Assembly: GCA_017999675.1 (NCBI GenBank)
Contig: JAGNLL010000003.1
Coordinates: forward strand, 74,071-138,070
Source of the DNA: Rickettsiales bacterium
Lineage (GTDB): Bacteria; Pseudomonadota; Alphaproteobacteria; Rickettsiales; UBA1997
Direction: 5' to 3'
DNA: 64,000 bases
Under the pieces are notes generated by a model. It did not search any database. It was not told the origin of the DNA and saw nothing but the letters and a program-made list of their open reading frames with translations. Positions 17,847-27,643 of this stretch are shown here, in pieces (the first letter of the stretch is position 1; every line of letters starts with the position of its first letter). Both the position numbers and the translations under genes were made by a program.

Positions 17847-18026
17847 ATGTCAGAAAAAATCTCTTCTAGATTGCTCGAAATCTTGGTCTGTCCTTTGTGT
17901 AAAGGTGACCTAATTTACGACGAAAAAAACAGTGAGCTAATTTGCCACGAATCAAAATTGGCTTACCAAATCAAAGACGGAATTCCCGTAATGTTGGTTG
18001 AAGAAGCACGAAAACTGGAGCTCTAA
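17847..18026 (+). CDS. Trm112/UPF0434 family small zinc-ribbon-like protein
   Basis: [14 protein letters not shown]...[14 protein letters not shown]. The track ORF is N-terminally over-extended, so I use the ATG at 17847. Confidence 0.75.
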   Translation: MSEKISSRLLEILVCPLCKGDLIYDEKNSELICHESKLAYQIKDGIPVMLVEEARKLEL

Positions 18027-18715
18027 TGCCGCAAGTAGCACAAAGATTGAAGAAGGCCAAACGCCTAAAAAAATCGTCACAAAAATGGATTTTGCGACAA
18101 ATTAACGATCCCTTCGTTGAGCGCGCCAAGCTTGAAGGATGGCGGTCGCGCGCGGCTTTTAAAATTATTGAAGTCGACGAAAAATTTAAAATTTTTAAAA
18201 AAGGAAAAATCGTTGTCGATTTGGGCGCCGCACCCGGCGGCTGGTCGCAATACGCTGTGACCAAGGTTGGCGACGGCAATGTGGTGGCGCTTGACTTGCT
18301 TGAGATTGACTCAATTCCGGGAGTAAAATTTTTTCAGCAAGATTTTCTTGAACCCGAAGCGCCTGAGAAAATTATTTCTCTGCTAAAAAATATCCCTCAC
18401 AACAAAAGTGGTAGATGCGACGCGGTGCTCAGCGACATGGCCGCAAACACTACGGGTGACCACACCACCGACCACATGCGAATCATTGGTTTGCTCGAAG
18501 AAGCGCTCGATTTAGCCGGAAAAATTTTAAGCGACGGCGGGTGTTTTGTTGGCAAAATTTTCCAAGGCGGCAGTTCGGATGAAATCTTAAAAAGGCTCAG
18601 AAAAAACTTTTCTACCGTGCGCTATTTTAAACCCGAATCTTCCAGAAAAGGATCGTCTGAGACCTACTTAGTAGCGACTGGATTCAAATCTGTGCGCGAA
18701 GAAAAACTCGCCTAA
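18026..18715 (+). CDS. rlmE: 23S rRNA (uridine2552-2'-O)-methyltransferase
   Basis: RSRAAFKIIEVDEKF, DLGAAPGGWSQ (SAM motif) and DMAANTTG motifs. The start overlaps the upstream stop (TAATG). Confidence 0.9.
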   Translation: MPQVAQRLKKAKRLKKSSQKWILRQINDPFVERAKLEGWRSRAAFKIIEVDEKFKIFKKGKIVVDLGAAPGGWSQYAVTKVGDGNVVALDLLEIDSIPGVKFFQQDFLEPEAPEKIISLLKNIPHNKSGRCDAVLSDMAANTTGDHTTDHMRIIGLLEEALDLAGKILSDGGCFVGKIFQGGSSDEILKRLRKNFSTVRYFKPESSRKGSSETYLVATGFKSVREEKLA

Positions 18716-18760
18716 ACAAGATTGTGCACACCGGTGTGCACAATTGGTCAGATTTAGATT

Positions 18761-19690
18761 TTAACCAATATTTCCACCCGAAATAATTACCAAAATTTTC
18801 TGATTTTTTCTTCCGGCCAAAATTTGCTCTGCACCCGCAATTGCAAGGGCTGAGGTTGGTTCGATTTTTTGCTCTAAGATTTCTGAGAGTTTTTTTTGCC
18901 AGTTTTCAATTTCATTTTCTGAAATTTCTAGCACTCCCGCCATTTGTTGAATGTGGTCGAAGCAAATCTCTGAGGTCCGAAGAGTTCTGGCGCCGTCAGC
19001 AATGGTGTTTGGCGTGTCGTCAAAACCAACAATCTTTTTAGCGCGTAGTGAATTTGCTACATCGTTGCCATTCAAGGGCTCACAGGCAAATACTTGCGCA
19101 CTTGGCGACAATTTTTGCGCTGCCAAGAAACATCCCGAAACTAATCCACCGCCACCACAAGGCGCAAAAATTGCGTCAACTTCACCAATTTCCAAAAGTG
19201 CCTCGAGGGCTGATGTACCTTGGCCGCAAATCACGTCTGCGTCGGCCGATGGGTGAATAAAAAAGTAGCCTTCTTTTTGTTTTTCTTCGGCCATTTTATT
19301 TACGTCTGACCTTTTTTCGAGCAGCACAACTTCCGCACCTAAATCGCGCGCCGCTTGTATTTTCAAGGGCGAAGCCTTGGTAATCATGTAAATCAAAGCC
19401 TTAATTCCAAACTGCTTACAAGCAAAAGCAATTGCCTGTGCGTGGTTTCCTGAACTTTGTACGACAATTTTTTCAGGAAATTTTCCGTGTTTTTCTTTGT
19501 AAGTTAAAATCGCGTTAAACGCGCCGCGAGCCTTGAAAGACTTGGCAATTTGCTGATTTTCCATTTTGAAAAAAACCTGCGCACCCAACTCTTGGTTTAG
19601 TTTTTCATTCGAAATTACCGCTGTATTTACAATGTATTTTTTGATGCGTTCGTGCGCTGCAAAAACATTTTGGAATGTTAGCTTACTCAT
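18761..19690 (-). CDS. PLP-dependent threonine/serine dehydratase or serine racemase-like enzyme (no regulatory domain)
   Basis: PLP lysine motif SFKARGA, plus SSGNHAQA and GGGGL; 309 aa. Confidence 0.8.
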   Translation of the reverse strand: MSKLTFQNVFAAHERIKKYIVNTAVISNEKLNQELGAQVFFKMENQQIAKSFKARGAFNAILTYKEKHGKFPEKIVVQSSGNHAQAIAFACKQFGIKALIYMITKASPLKIQAARDLGAEVVLLEKRSDVNKMAEEKQKEGYFFIHPSADADVICGQGTSALEALLEIGEVDAIFAPCGGGGLVSGCFLAAQKLSPSAQVFACEPLNGNDVANSLRAKKIVGFDDTPNTIADGARTLRTSEICFDHIQQMAGVLEISENEIENWQKKLSEILEQKIEPTSALAIAGAEQILAGRKNQKILVIISGGNIG

Positions 19691-20111
19691 ATTTTCTAAA
19701 AAGTTGGGAGATGTCTTGGAAGGCTTTAAACTCTAGCGCATTGCCACTTGGATCACAAAAAAACATCGTCGCTTGCTCACCAATTTTTCCTCTAAAACGA
19801 ATGTAGGGCTCAATCACAAATTTCACGTTGTTAGCCTTCAAACGATCAGCAAAATCGTGCCATTGTTGCCACTCCAACACCACACCAAAATGCGGCACCG
19901 GCACACCGTGGCCGTCAACTGGGTTTACAATTGCCTCGTTTTTCTGCGGGTGCAAATGCGTGACAAACTGGTGACCAAAAAAATTCCAATCAATCCAACT
20001 GTCGGTCGAACGCCCCTCCTCAAGCCCCAAAAACTCACCGTAAAATTGGCGCGTCTTGGCTAAGTCATTTACCGGCATTGCGAGGTGAAAGGGCTGAAGT
20101 TTGTTGGTCAT
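19683..20111 (-). CDS. VOC (glyoxalase/bleomycin-resistance/dioxygenase) family protein
   Basis: The FHLAMPVNDL..FYGEFLGL start is typical of VOC folds. The track ORF extends into the upstream terminator, so I use the ATG at 20111. Confidence 0.65.
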   Translation of the reverse strand: MTNKLQPFHLAMPVNDLAKTRQFYGEFLGLEEGRSTDSWIDWNFFGHQFVTHLHPQKNEAIVNPVDGHGVPVPHFGVVLEWQQWHDFADRLKANNVKFVIEPYIRFRGKIGEQATMFFCDPSGNALEFKAFQDISQLFRKYE

Positions 20112-20138
20112 TTTGAAATTGATTTTATTTTTGGGCAC

Positions 20139-20181
20139 AAAAAAAGGCGGCAGCTTTGCAAAGAAAGCTGCCGCCTTTTTC
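20139..20181 (-). terminator. rho-independent terminator downstream of the RidA-family gene
   Basis: 13-bp stem AGGCGGCAGCTTT / AAAGCTGCCGCCT, followed by a T-run on the minus strand. Confidence 0.75.
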
Positions 20182-20193
20182 ATATTTTAAAAC

Positions 20194-20658
20194 CTATTTA
20201 ATTTCGAAAATTGCATCCACTTCGACAGAAACACCGAAAGGCAAAGAACCCGATCCAACCGCAGCGCGCGCGTGTTTGCCGGCGTCGCCCAAAGCTTCAA
20301 CCATTAAATCTGATGCGCCATTGGCAACCACAGGGTGGTCTTTAAAATTGGCGTCGCCATTAACGAAAATTCCAAGTTTTACGCATTTTACCACGCGCTC
20401 TAAATCGCCTTCACAGGCCACTTTTAGCTGGGCTAAAATGTTAATTGCGCAAAGACGTGCGGCAATTTTTGCATCTTCCGGAGAAATTTCTGAACCAACT
20501 TTTCCAACAAATTGTAGCTTACCGTTTTCTAGCGGAAGTTGTCCTGAAACAAAAACCACATTACCCGACTTTACAAAGCCAACATAGTTGGCAACTGGCA
20601 CGGCAGGGGTTGGTAGAGTGATTCCAAGTGAGGTTAATTTTGCTTCGATTTTTGACAT
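20194..20658 (-). CDS. RidA/YjgF family reactive-intermediate deaminase
   Basis: YjgF-fold sequence (VFVSGQLP..., ..RAAVGSGSLPFGVSVEVDAIFEI). I prefer the start at ATG 20658 (MSKIEAKL). Confidence 0.8.
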   Translation of the reverse strand: MSKIEAKLTSLGITLPTPAVPVANYVGFVKSGNVVFVSGQLPLENGKLQFVGKVGSEISPEDAKIAARLCAINILAQLKVACEGDLERVVKCVKLGIFVNGDANFKDHPVVANGASDLMVEALGDAGKHARAAVGSGSLPFGVSVEVDAIFEIK

Positions 20659-20686
20659 TTTTTTAAGAAGTTTAAGTTTGAAAAAA

Positions 20687-21682
20687 TTAAAGAGAGTTGA
20701 TTCCAAGCTTTTTAAGCAAGATCGAATCGCGCTCCATTTCTGGATTCGCGGTAGTTAGCAATTTTTCGCCGTAAAAAATTGAATTAGCCCCAGCCAAGAA
20801 ACACAAGGCTTGAGTCTGCTCATTCATGTTCTCACGACCAGCCGACAAGCGCACCACCGACTTTGGCATCATGATTCTAGCAACAGCAATGGTGCGGATG
20901 AAATCGAATTGATCGAGGTCGGCAACTTTATCCATTGGCGTGCCGGCAACTTTTACCAACATGTTGATTGGCACTGACTCTGGATGCTTCGGCAAATTTG
21001 CCAAAATAATTAACATTTTTGCGCGGTCTTCCAATTTTTCGCCCATGCCCACAATACCGCCAGAGCACACATTCAAGCCAGCTTCGCGCACATTTTTTAA
21101 TGTGTTTAAGCGATCTTCAAAACTTCTGGTGGTGATAATTTCTGAATAAAATTCGGGCGATGAGTCGATGTTGTGATTGTAGTAATCAAGCCCCGCTTCC
21201 TTTAGTTTCTTGCTTTGCGAGTCGGTCAACATGCCCAGCGTCATACAAGTTTCGAGGCCGGTTTTTTTAACTTCGTCAATCACGTTGCAAATTTTTTCAA
21301 CATCGCGGTCGTGTAAATTTCTCCAAGCCGCTCCCATGCAAAACCTTGAGGCACCTGCTTCTTTCGCCGCATTTGCTGCTTCTAAAATTTTTGACATTTC
21401 CATCAAAGCCTCTTTTTCGAGGCCAGTGTTGTAGTGCGCTGATTGCGGACAATATTTGCAATTTTCCGGGCAAGAGCCGGTTTTAATGCTTAGAAGCGTG
21501 CTGATTTGCACCTTGTTTGGATTGTGAAATTTGCGGTGAATTTCAGCGGCTTTGAAAATCAAATCGTTAAAAGGCAAAGCAAAAAGCGCCAAGATTTCTT
21601 CAATTTGAAAATCGTGACGTTCACCAAAATCGTACGAAACGACCAGCGCTTCGCTTGTTTTTATTTCGTTAATTTCTTTCAT
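20687..21682 (-). CDS. bioB: biotin synthase
   Basis: Radical-[14 protein letters not shown], then YNHNIDS and GGIVGMGE motifs. I prefer the start at ATG 21682 (MKEINEIK). Confidence 0.9.
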   Translation of the reverse strand: MKEINEIKTSEALVVSYDFGERHDFQIEEILALFALPFNDLIFKAAEIHRKFHNPNKVQISTLLSIKTGSCPENCKYCPQSAHYNTGLEKEALMEMSKILEAANAAKEAGASRFCMGAAWRNLHDRDVEKICNVIDEVKKTGLETCMTLGMLTDSQSKKLKEAGLDYYNHNIDSSPEFYSEIITTRSFEDRLNTLKNVREAGLNVCSGGIVGMGEKLEDRAKMLIILANLPKHPESVPINMLVKVAGTPMDKVADLDQFDFIRTIAVARIMMPKSVVRLSAGRENMNEQTQALCFLAGANSIFYGEKLLTTANPEMERDSILLKKLGINSL

Positions 21683-21686
21683 TATT

Positions 21687-22694
21687 TTACCAGATGATGA
21701 GGCATTTGAAGAGGTCGCCCATTTGATCTGAGGCAATCAAACGGTCAATAGCGGAATTGATTTCTGAAGTTTTTGACGGGTTTTTTGTTAGCAGATTTTT
21801 GCGGCGCTCTTCAATGCCAAGGCCGGTTAAAAATTGAGCTTGCGAGATTAGTGAAGAATTTAGGCCGCAATTTTTAACGATTTTTTCTAACGCCAAAAAA
21901 TCTACCAAAGCAGTAAGATCAGCCTCGCCGACATTTTCTAAAACGTCGCATTTTTGATGATTTTTTAACGCCTGCAGCGTGTTGGCAAATTCATTTTTGA
22001 TGTAGCCGTAATCGATGTTAATGGCGATGCCGCCTTGTTTTTTTAAAGCGCCGCAAAGCTGCGTCATAAAATTTCGTGCTTCCAAACTATATTCAAAAAC
22101 CGCGCCGATTGGGGCGAGAGAGGCAATTTCTTTTTCGACAAATTCGTGAGTTTTTTTCTCAAACGGCGCGAGTGTAAATTTTTTGTCAGACACAATTCTT
22201 TCGCGCCAACCGATTTCAGTAAGCACAAATTGGTCGATGGGAAAACAATCGAATAGCTCATTGCTTAAGAAAAATATTTCGCGATCACGATTTTTTTGCA
22301 CAAAATTTTCAAAATTTTCATGCCAAGAAACTGAAAAATCTGCGAGGTTTTTTTGTTGAACATCACGCAAAACTTCGCCGATTTCGATAATGTGAAAAGT
22401 TGCACGCTCAAGAAAATCAACGGCTTGCGGGATATTTTTTGCGGCGAGTTTTTTAATCGAACTCAGAATATCAAAAAACAAAGTGCCTTTTCCCGCGCCC
22501 ATTTCAACAAAGGCAATTAGCGATTTTTTGGTGCTAGCAATTTGCAAAAAATAGGCAGCAAGAAGCTCGCCAAAAACCTGCGAAATTTCTGGCGCAGTGA
22601 TAAAATCTGAATTTTTTCCGATGGGGTTTTTTGTGCGGTAATAGCCGCTTGCGGGGTTGAATAAAGCTTCAGACATGAAGCGCGAGATTTTCAT
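21687..22694 (-). CDS. SAM-dependent methyltransferase, MidA/NDUFAF7 (DUF185) family
   Basis: [17 protein letters not shown] and EMGAGKGTL motifs are characteristic of the family. Confidence 0.75.
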   Translation of the reverse strand: MKISRFMSEALFNPASGYYRTKNPIGKNSDFITAPEISQVFGELLAAYFLQIASTKKSLIAFVEMGAGKGTLFFDILSSIKKLAAKNIPQAVDFLERATFHIIEIGEVLRDVQQKNLADFSVSWHENFENFVQKNRDREIFFLSNELFDCFPIDQFVLTEIGWRERIVSDKKFTLAPFEKKTHEFVEKEIASLAPIGAVFEYSLEARNFMTQLCGALKKQGGIAINIDYGYIKNEFANTLQALKNHQKCDVLENVGEADLTALVDFLALEKIVKNCGLNSSLISQAQFLTGLGIEERRKNLLTKNPSKTSEINSAIDRLIASDQMGDLFKCLIIW

Positions 22695-22713
22695 GGAAAC
22701 TGTTTGTAATTAA

Positions 22714-22819
22714 TTAGGTCCCCGAGCAAAGCGCGTAAGCGCGTCGTCGAGGGGCCCGAAGCGAGATCCTGTCTTCGGGCCCCTCGACGACGCGCTTACG
22801 CGCTTTGCTCGGGGACCTA
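22714..22819. repeat. palindromic element family A, copy 2 (106 bp)
   Basis: Same termini and GGGGCCCGAAG core as copy 1. The internal arm segments differ but remain mutually complementary. Confidence 0.95.
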
Positions 22820-22827
22820 TAAAGAGT

Positions 22828-23454
22828 TTACGGGCGCCAGTTGAGGAAATTTTTGAGCAATTTCAAACCTGCTTCACCACTTTTTTCAGGGTGAAATTGC
22901 GCGCCAAAAATATTGTCTTTGGCAATCGCCACATTCAGCTTTGAGCCATATTCTACCTGCGCTAACACGTTGTGTTCGTTTTGGCAAATGAAGTGGTAAG
23001 AATTAGCGAAATAAAAATGTTCGCCGCTTTTGATATCTTTTAAAACTGGGTGCTCTGCTTTCAGAATGATCTCGTTCCAGCCCATGTGCGGAATTTTTAA
23101 ACCATCTTTTGCGACGATTTTTTCGACTTTGCCGTTAATAAATCCGAGCCCTGGATGTTCACCATTTTCGTAGCCAATTGAGGCCAAAACCTGCATGCCC
23201 ACGCAAATTCCAAGAAAGGGTTTTTTTTCAACTAAGGCCTGTTTTCTAATTTCTGATGCCAACCCCTCAATTGCGCCAAGGCCAGCCATGCAATCGCCAA
23301 AAGCACCAACACCGGGTAAAATTAAATGATGCGCCGATTTGAGGTCGGAGATTTTATTTGAAATAACAATTTCTTCATCGCCGCCAACCATGCGTAGCGC
23401 GTTTACAACCGACTCAACATTGCCGGCACCGTAGTCGATAATTACTGTTTTCAT
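22828..23454 (-). CDS. hisH: imidazole glycerol phosphate synthase glutaminase subunit
   Basis: Class I amidotransferase motif GICVGMQ, plus the C-terminal FHPEKS. Confidence 0.92.
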   Translation of the reverse strand: MKTVIIDYGAGNVESVVNALRMVGGDEEIVISNKISDLKSAHHLILPGVGAFGDCMAGLGAIEGLASEIRKQALVEKKPFLGICVGMQVLASIGYENGEHPGLGFINGKVEKIVAKDGLKIPHMGWNEIILKAEHPVLKDIKSGEHFYFANSYHFICQNEHNVLAQVEYGSKLNVAIAKDNIFGAQFHPEKSGEAGLKLLKNFLNWRP

Positions 23455-23882
23455 GCTGCTAATTTTTTTAGCTTCCGCATTTTGCGGTGAAGTTTTGGGT
23501 TTAAAATTGAGTCGTCAAAAGCGCTGATGTCGGCGCCAAAATTTGCGGCAAAACGCAATTTGGCATTGGTTAAATCTGAACCAAAAACCAGCCCAACAAA
23601 TTCGTAATTTTTCTTTTTTAAATGTTCGCCAAACCAGTAATTGGCGTTGAGAGCGACGATGGAAGCGAGGGCAACTTCGAGCAGAATTTTGTCAAATTCA
23701 CCAAATAATCCGAGGCCAATATTTAGAGCCAGCAAGACAAAAAATTCTTGCCACATTTTGTGATAAAAAAACCAGAACGGCCCAAATAAAAATGCAAAAA
23801 AGGAAAAACCCTCTTTGAGCAAAACTGCATCTGAGATTTTTCCTTCTTTATTTTTTTCAATTAGGGTGGCGTAGAGTTTCAT
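23451..23882 (-). CDS. small membrane protein (DUF2628-like)
   Basis: Two predicted TM helices. It is translationally coupled to hisH by a 4-nt overlap. The family call is from memory of alphaproteobacterial his clusters. Confidence 0.5.
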   Translation of the reverse strand: MKLYATLIEKNKEGKISDAVLLKEGFSFFAFLFGPFWFFYHKMWQEFFVLLALNIGLGLFGEFDKILLEVALASIVALNANYWFGEHLKKKNYEFVGLVFGSDLTNAKLRFAANFGADISAFDDSILNPKLHRKMRKLKKLAA

Positions 23883-23930
23883 GGCGGGAGAGTAGTTGGG
23901 CGAAGGCTTTGAAGCCCCCGCCCTTTAAAC

Positions 23931-24287
23931 TTATTTTAGAGCAGCTTTAGCTTTTTCAACGATTTTAGCGAAAGTTTCTGGCTCTCTGATCGCAAGATCA
24001 GAAAGAACTTTACGGTCCAAATCGATTTTAGCGTTTTTCAAACCGCTGATAAATTTTGAATAGATCAAACCATGTTCACGCACTGCTGCGTTGATACGTT
24101 GAATCCAAAGAGCACGGAAGTCTCTTTTTTTAACACGACGATCGCGGTAAGCATATTGCAAAGCCTTTTCAACTTTTTCGATCGCAATACGGTAACAATT
24201 TTTGGCACGGCCGCGATAGCCTTTTGCCATTTTTAAAACTTTTTTATGTCTAGCGCGCTTAGTGACGCCTCTTTTTACACGACTCAT
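23931..24287 (-). CDS. rplT: 50S ribosomal protein L20
   Basis: [26 protein letters not shown] is typical of L20. Confidence 0.97.
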   Translation of the reverse strand: MSRVKRGVTKRARHKKVLKMAKGYRGRAKNCYRIAIEKVEKALQYAYRDRRVKKRDFRALWIQRINAAVREHGLIYSKFISGLKNAKIDLDRKVLSDLAIREPETFAKIVEKAKAALK

Positions 24288-24310
24288 TGGGAACTCCTTT
24301 TAAATTTTAA

Positions 24311-24514
24311 TTAGCGGCTGTAAGGCATTTTGAATTTCAAAACGCTAGCTGAATGGCCCTCAGAAAGAACTGCTTGATTACGCAATTTTCTGATACGGCT
24401 TTGGCTTTTTCTGCCCAAGTTGTGTCTTTTTCCAGCCTGCTTGTGGAGGATTTTCCCAGTGCCGCTAACCTTGAATCGCTTCTTGGCGCTACTGTTTGTT
24501 TTCATTTTTGGCAT
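24311..24514 (-). CDS. rpmI: 50S ribosomal protein L35
   Basis: MPKMKTNSSAKKRFKVSGTGK is typical of L35. Confidence 0.95.
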   Translation of the reverse strand: MPKMKTNSSAKKRFKVSGTGKILHKQAGKRHNLGRKSQSRIRKLRNQAVLSEGHSASVLKFKMPYSR

Positions 24515-24671
24515 ATCATTTTCTCATTTAAATTAATTAAGCAGATCCAGAGGTAGAAAGCCTTAACCTAAGAATCAGTGGCCACAGACTTTTAAGGGTC
24601 GCAACCGTAGAGTGTCAGCAAGACGCTGCAACTCTAAAAGCCTCGCTTTCGTCCTTGCGGACTACAGCGCG

Positions 24672-24709
24672 GCACACGCCTCTCTACGCTTAGCGTAGAG
24701 AGGCGTGTG
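24672..24709 (-). other. perfect 17-18-bp hairpin immediately 3' of (and overlapping the last bases of) the tRNA
   Basis: CACACGCCTCTCTACGCT-TA-AGCGTAGAGAGGCGTGTG. No T-run follows on the minus strand. Confidence 0.7.
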
Positions 24710-24781
24710 GGATCAATAGGACTCGAACCTATGACCAAGACGTTATGAGCATCCTGCTCTAACCAACTGAGCTATGATCCC
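24708..24781 (-). tRNA. tRNA with CAT anticodon, elongator type; resembles tRNA-Ile2 (lysidine) more than initiator tRNA-Met
   Basis: Hand-folded cloverleaf: acceptor GGGATCA/TGATCCC, D arm GCTC-AGTTGGTTA-GAGC, anticodon loop CTCATAA, T arm ATAGG-TTCGAGT-CCTAT. GAGCAGG and the TTGGTC variable loop resemble Ile2. CCA is not encoded. Confidence 0.85.
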
Positions 24782-24850
24782 AAAATATTGTCCTTTTTTT
24801 GACAAAAGGGCGGCGCAACTTATGGACGAGCTGGCTTTTTGCAAGAAAAA

Positions 24851-25390
24851 TTATTCCTTAGCTTTTGCAACTCCAACAAGAGCCGGACGAATTAAGCGTT
24901 CAGCAATTGAATATCCCGCCTGAATAACTTGAACAACGGTTCCTTCTTCAGCATCACTTGGAATTTGCGTTAAAGCCTCGTGAAAATTGTGATTAAATTT
25001 TTCATTCAACGGAAAAATTCTTTTGATTTGGTTTTTTTCCAAAACTTTTAACAGCTCTTTTTCAGTCATCGAAATTGCGTCGGCGTAATTTTTAATTGCC
25101 GCAACTTTTTCAATTTCTTCTTTTGGCGCGTTAGCACTTGCCAAAAAGAAATTTTCTACAACCACAACTAAATCACTCGCGAAGCCAGAAATGGCAAACT
25201 TCGACGATTTTTCAATTTCATCGCGCGATCTTCTGCGCACGTTTTCAACTTCGGCCAAAGCGCGCAAAATTTTGTCATTTGCCTCAACTAATTTTTGCTC
25301 GAGCTCGGCAATTTTTGTCTCTGGAGTTTCTTGATTTTCTACTTGTTGTTCTTGGGCTGGGGTTTCTTGAGCGTTATTATTTTCTGACAT
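24851..25390 (-). CDS. grpE: nucleotide exchange factor GrpE
   Basis: The coiled N-terminus and the LRALAEVENVRRR motif are typical. Confidence 0.92.
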   Translation of the reverse strand: MSENNNAQETPAQEQQVENQETPETKIAELEQKLVEANDKILRALAEVENVRRRSRDEIEKSSKFAISGFASDLVVVVENFFLASANAPKEEIEKVAAIKNYADAISMTEKELLKVLEKNQIKRIFPLNEKFNHNFHEALTQIPSDAEEGTVVQVIQAGYSIAERLIRPALVGVAKAKE

Positions 25391-25423
25391 TTTTCTCCTA
25401 AATTTTTTTGAGTGAAGCGCGCA

Positions 25424-25455
25424 AGATATGAGCCTCTAAACAAGTTTCAATGGGG
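25424..25455 (-). promoter_or_regulatory. candidate sigma-32-type promoter for grpE
   Basis: The minus strand reads CCATTGAAA-N14-CATATCT, 34 nt upstream of the ATG. This resembles CTTGAAA-N13-15-CCCCATNT. Confidence 0.3.
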
Positions 25456-25474
25456 TTGCTTTAAAATTTTGGTC

Positions 25475-25510
25475 TTCTTAAGTTGCGCCGAAAATTCCCC
25501 CCTTAAAATA
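25475..25510 (+). promoter_or_regulatory. candidate sigma-32-type promoter for clpP-clpX
   Basis: TCTTAAG-N14-CCCCCCTTAAAAT, about 20 nt upstream of the clpP ATG. Confidence 0.3.
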
Positions 25511-25523
25511 AATCTCCCAAAGC

Positions 25524-26150
25524 ATGTCAGACAGAATCCTCGACCAAGCTAATTACTTGGTGCCAATGGTTGTTGAACAAACCGCAAAAGGCGAAAGATC
25601 TTTCGATATTTACTCACGACTTTTGAAAGAGCGCATCATCTTTTTGTCGGGTCCTGTAAACGACCAAGTGTCGTCTTTGATTGTTGCACAATTGCTTTTT
25701 TTAGAATCAGAAGATCCAAAAAAAGACATTTATTTTTACATCAATTCACCAGGTGGCATTGTGACCTCGGGCCTTGCCATGTATGACACCATGCAGTATA
25801 TACGCCCCGATGTTGCAACTCTTTGTATTGGCCAAGCTGCGTCAATGGGTTCACTGCTTTTAACTGCTGGTGCGCCGGGCAAAAGATTTTGCCTACCAAA
25901 CTCGCGCATCATGATTCACCAACCTTCTGGCGGTTATCAGGGGCAGGCAACTGACATTGAAATTCACGCGCAAGAAACCATGAGTTTGAAAAAAAGATTA
26001 AACGAAATTTACGTTAAGCACACCGGACAAAAACTTGCCGTCATTGAAAAATCAATGGAGCGCGACAATTTTATGTCGCCAGAAAAAGCTAAAGAATTTG
26101 GCTTAATCGACGAAGTAATTCAAAGAAGACCTGACGCAGAGCAAAAATAA
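25524..26150 (+). CDS. clpP: ATP-dependent Clp protease proteolytic subunit
   Basis: Catalytic context GQAASMGS plus the MIHQP motif. Confidence 0.96.
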   Translation: MSDRILDQANYLVPMVVEQTAKGERSFDIYSRLLKERIIFLSGPVNDQVSSLIVAQLLFLESEDPKKDIYFYINSPGGIVTSGLAMYDTMQYIRPDVATLCIGQAASMGSLLLTAGAPGKRFCLPNSRIMIHQPSGGYQGQATDIEIHAQETMSLKKRLNEIYVKHTGQKLAVIEKSMERDNFMSPEKAKEFGLIDEVIQRRPDAEQK

Positions 26151-26162
26151 TTTTTTAAATTT

Positions 26163-27470
26163 ATGGCTAAAAAACACAGCGACGAAAAAGATCTTTCTTG
26201 TTCATTTTGCGGCAAAAATCAAAGCGAAGTAAAAAAGCTAGTTGCCGGACCAACCGCCTTAATTTGCAACGAATGTATTGGCGTTGGCATGGATATTTTG
26301 CGCGAAGAGCAAAAAAAATCTCCGCTACATAAAAGCGACGGCAGCAAACCAACTCCAAAAGACATCATCAAAATTTTGGATGAATATGTGGTTGGACAAA
26401 AACATGCCAAAAAAGTTTTGTCGGTTGCAGTTTACAATCACTACAAACGTATTGATTCAATTGCTTCGTCAACCCCTGAAAGCGTTGAGCTGAGCAAGTC
26501 TAACATTTTAATGATTGGGCCAACTGGCTGCGGCAAAACTTTACTTGCGCAAACTTTAGCAAAAGTTCTCGACGTGCCATTTACAATGGCTGATGCCACT
26601 TCACTAACCGAAGCAGGCTACGTTGGTGACGACGTTGAAAATATTATCTCACGCCTTTTGCAATCAGCAAATTACGACATCGAAAAAACTCAGCGCGGCA
26701 TAATTTACATTGACGAAATCGATAAAATTGCTCGCAAATCTGAAGACAACACGCGCCGCGATATTTCTGGCGAAGGTGTGCAGCAAGGTTTGTTAAAAAT
26801 TATTGAAGGCACGGTTGCTTCAGTGCCAACTCAACCAGGCAGAAAAACTACGCAGCAAGAATATGTGCAAGTTGACACGCGCAATATTTTGTTCATTTGC
26901 GCTGGCGCCTTTTCTGGTCTTGAAAAAATTATTAATGCGCGCGGCAAAGGCTCTAGCATTGGCTTTGGCGCTGATGTTAGATCGAAAGACGACAATGCTC
27001 GCAAAGATATTTTCAACAATGTTGAAGCTGACGATTTAATTAAATTTGGATTGATTCCAGAAATTGTTGGAAGACTTCCAGTTGTTGCACCTCTTGAAGG
27101 CCTAACCGAAGAAGATTTGGTGCGAGTTTTATCTGAACCAAAAAACTCAATCGTTAAGCAATATAAAAAACTTTTTGAGTTAGATAAAATTGAACTGAAT
27201 TTTGAAGACGATGCTTTGAAAGAAATTTCTAGAAAAGCCATTGAGTGCAAAACCGGTGCCCGTGGTCTTCGCGCCATTGCAGAAAATATTTTGTTGGACG
27301 TGATGTTTGAAGCGCCGTCTGAAAAAAATATTAAAACTGCAACGGTGACGAAAGAGGTTTTGACTGAAGGTAAGCCTTTGAAAATCGCTTATTTAAGTGA
27401 GAAAGAAATTGCTGAGAGAGAAGATAAAAAGATGATTTCGGTTGTGCCGCAGAAAGAGGCGGTTGCTTAG
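26163..27470 (+). CDS. clpX: ATP-dependent Clp protease ATP-binding subunit ClpX
   Basis: N-terminal zinc motif CSFCGK...CNEC, Walker A GPTGCGKT, Walker [10 protein letters not shown]. Confidence 0.96.
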   Translation: MAKKHSDEKDLSCSFCGKNQSEVKKLVAGPTALICNECIGVGMDILREEQKKSPLHKSDGSKPTPKDIIKILDEYVVGQKHAKKVLSVAVYNHYKRIDSIASSTPESVELSKSNILMIGPTGCGKTLLAQTLAKVLDVPFTMADATSLTEAGYVGDDVENIISRLLQSANYDIEKTQRGIIYIDEIDKIARKSEDNTRRDISGEGVQQGLLKIIEGTVASVPTQPGRKTTQQEYVQVDTRNILFICAGAFSGLEKIINARGKGSSIGFGADVRSKDDNARKDIFNNVEADDLIKFGLIPEIVGRLPVVAPLEGLTEEDLVRVLSEPKNSIVKQYKKLFELDKIELNFEDDALKEISRKAIECKTGARGLRAIAENILLDVMFEAPSEKNIKTATVTKEVLTEGKPLKIAYLSEKEIAEREDKKMISVVPQKEAVA

Positions 27471-27498
27471 GGTATTTGATTAAAAGATGAATTGCTCT

Positions 27499-27629
27499 TG
27501 CGAATAACCACCCCAACCCCTCCTTGAAAAGGAGGGGCTTACTACCGAGGTTGTTTTTATTAAATCAATTTCAAAAAAATCATACTAAAGCCCCTCCTTT
27601 TGAAGGAGGGGTTGGGGTGGTTATTCGCA
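27499..27629. repeat. palindromic element family B, expanded copy (131 bp)
   Basis: The outer arms GCGAATAACCACCCCAACCCCTCC / GGAGGGGTTGGGGTGGTTATTCGC each carry their own small hairpin (CCCCTCCTT-loop-AAGGAGGGG). A ~50-bp AT-rich spacer separates them. Confidence 0.92.
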
Positions 27630-27643
27630 TAATCTTACTTAAA

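Noticed and set aside
26831-27277. A 148-aa minus-strand ORF inside clpX, and similar antisense ORFs inside pnp, atpA, uvrA, bamA, UDG (58714-59097), RidA (20156-20587) and the secretin (33125-33505).
   Set aside because: All are fully nested antisense to strongly supported conserved genes and lack motifs or RBSs.
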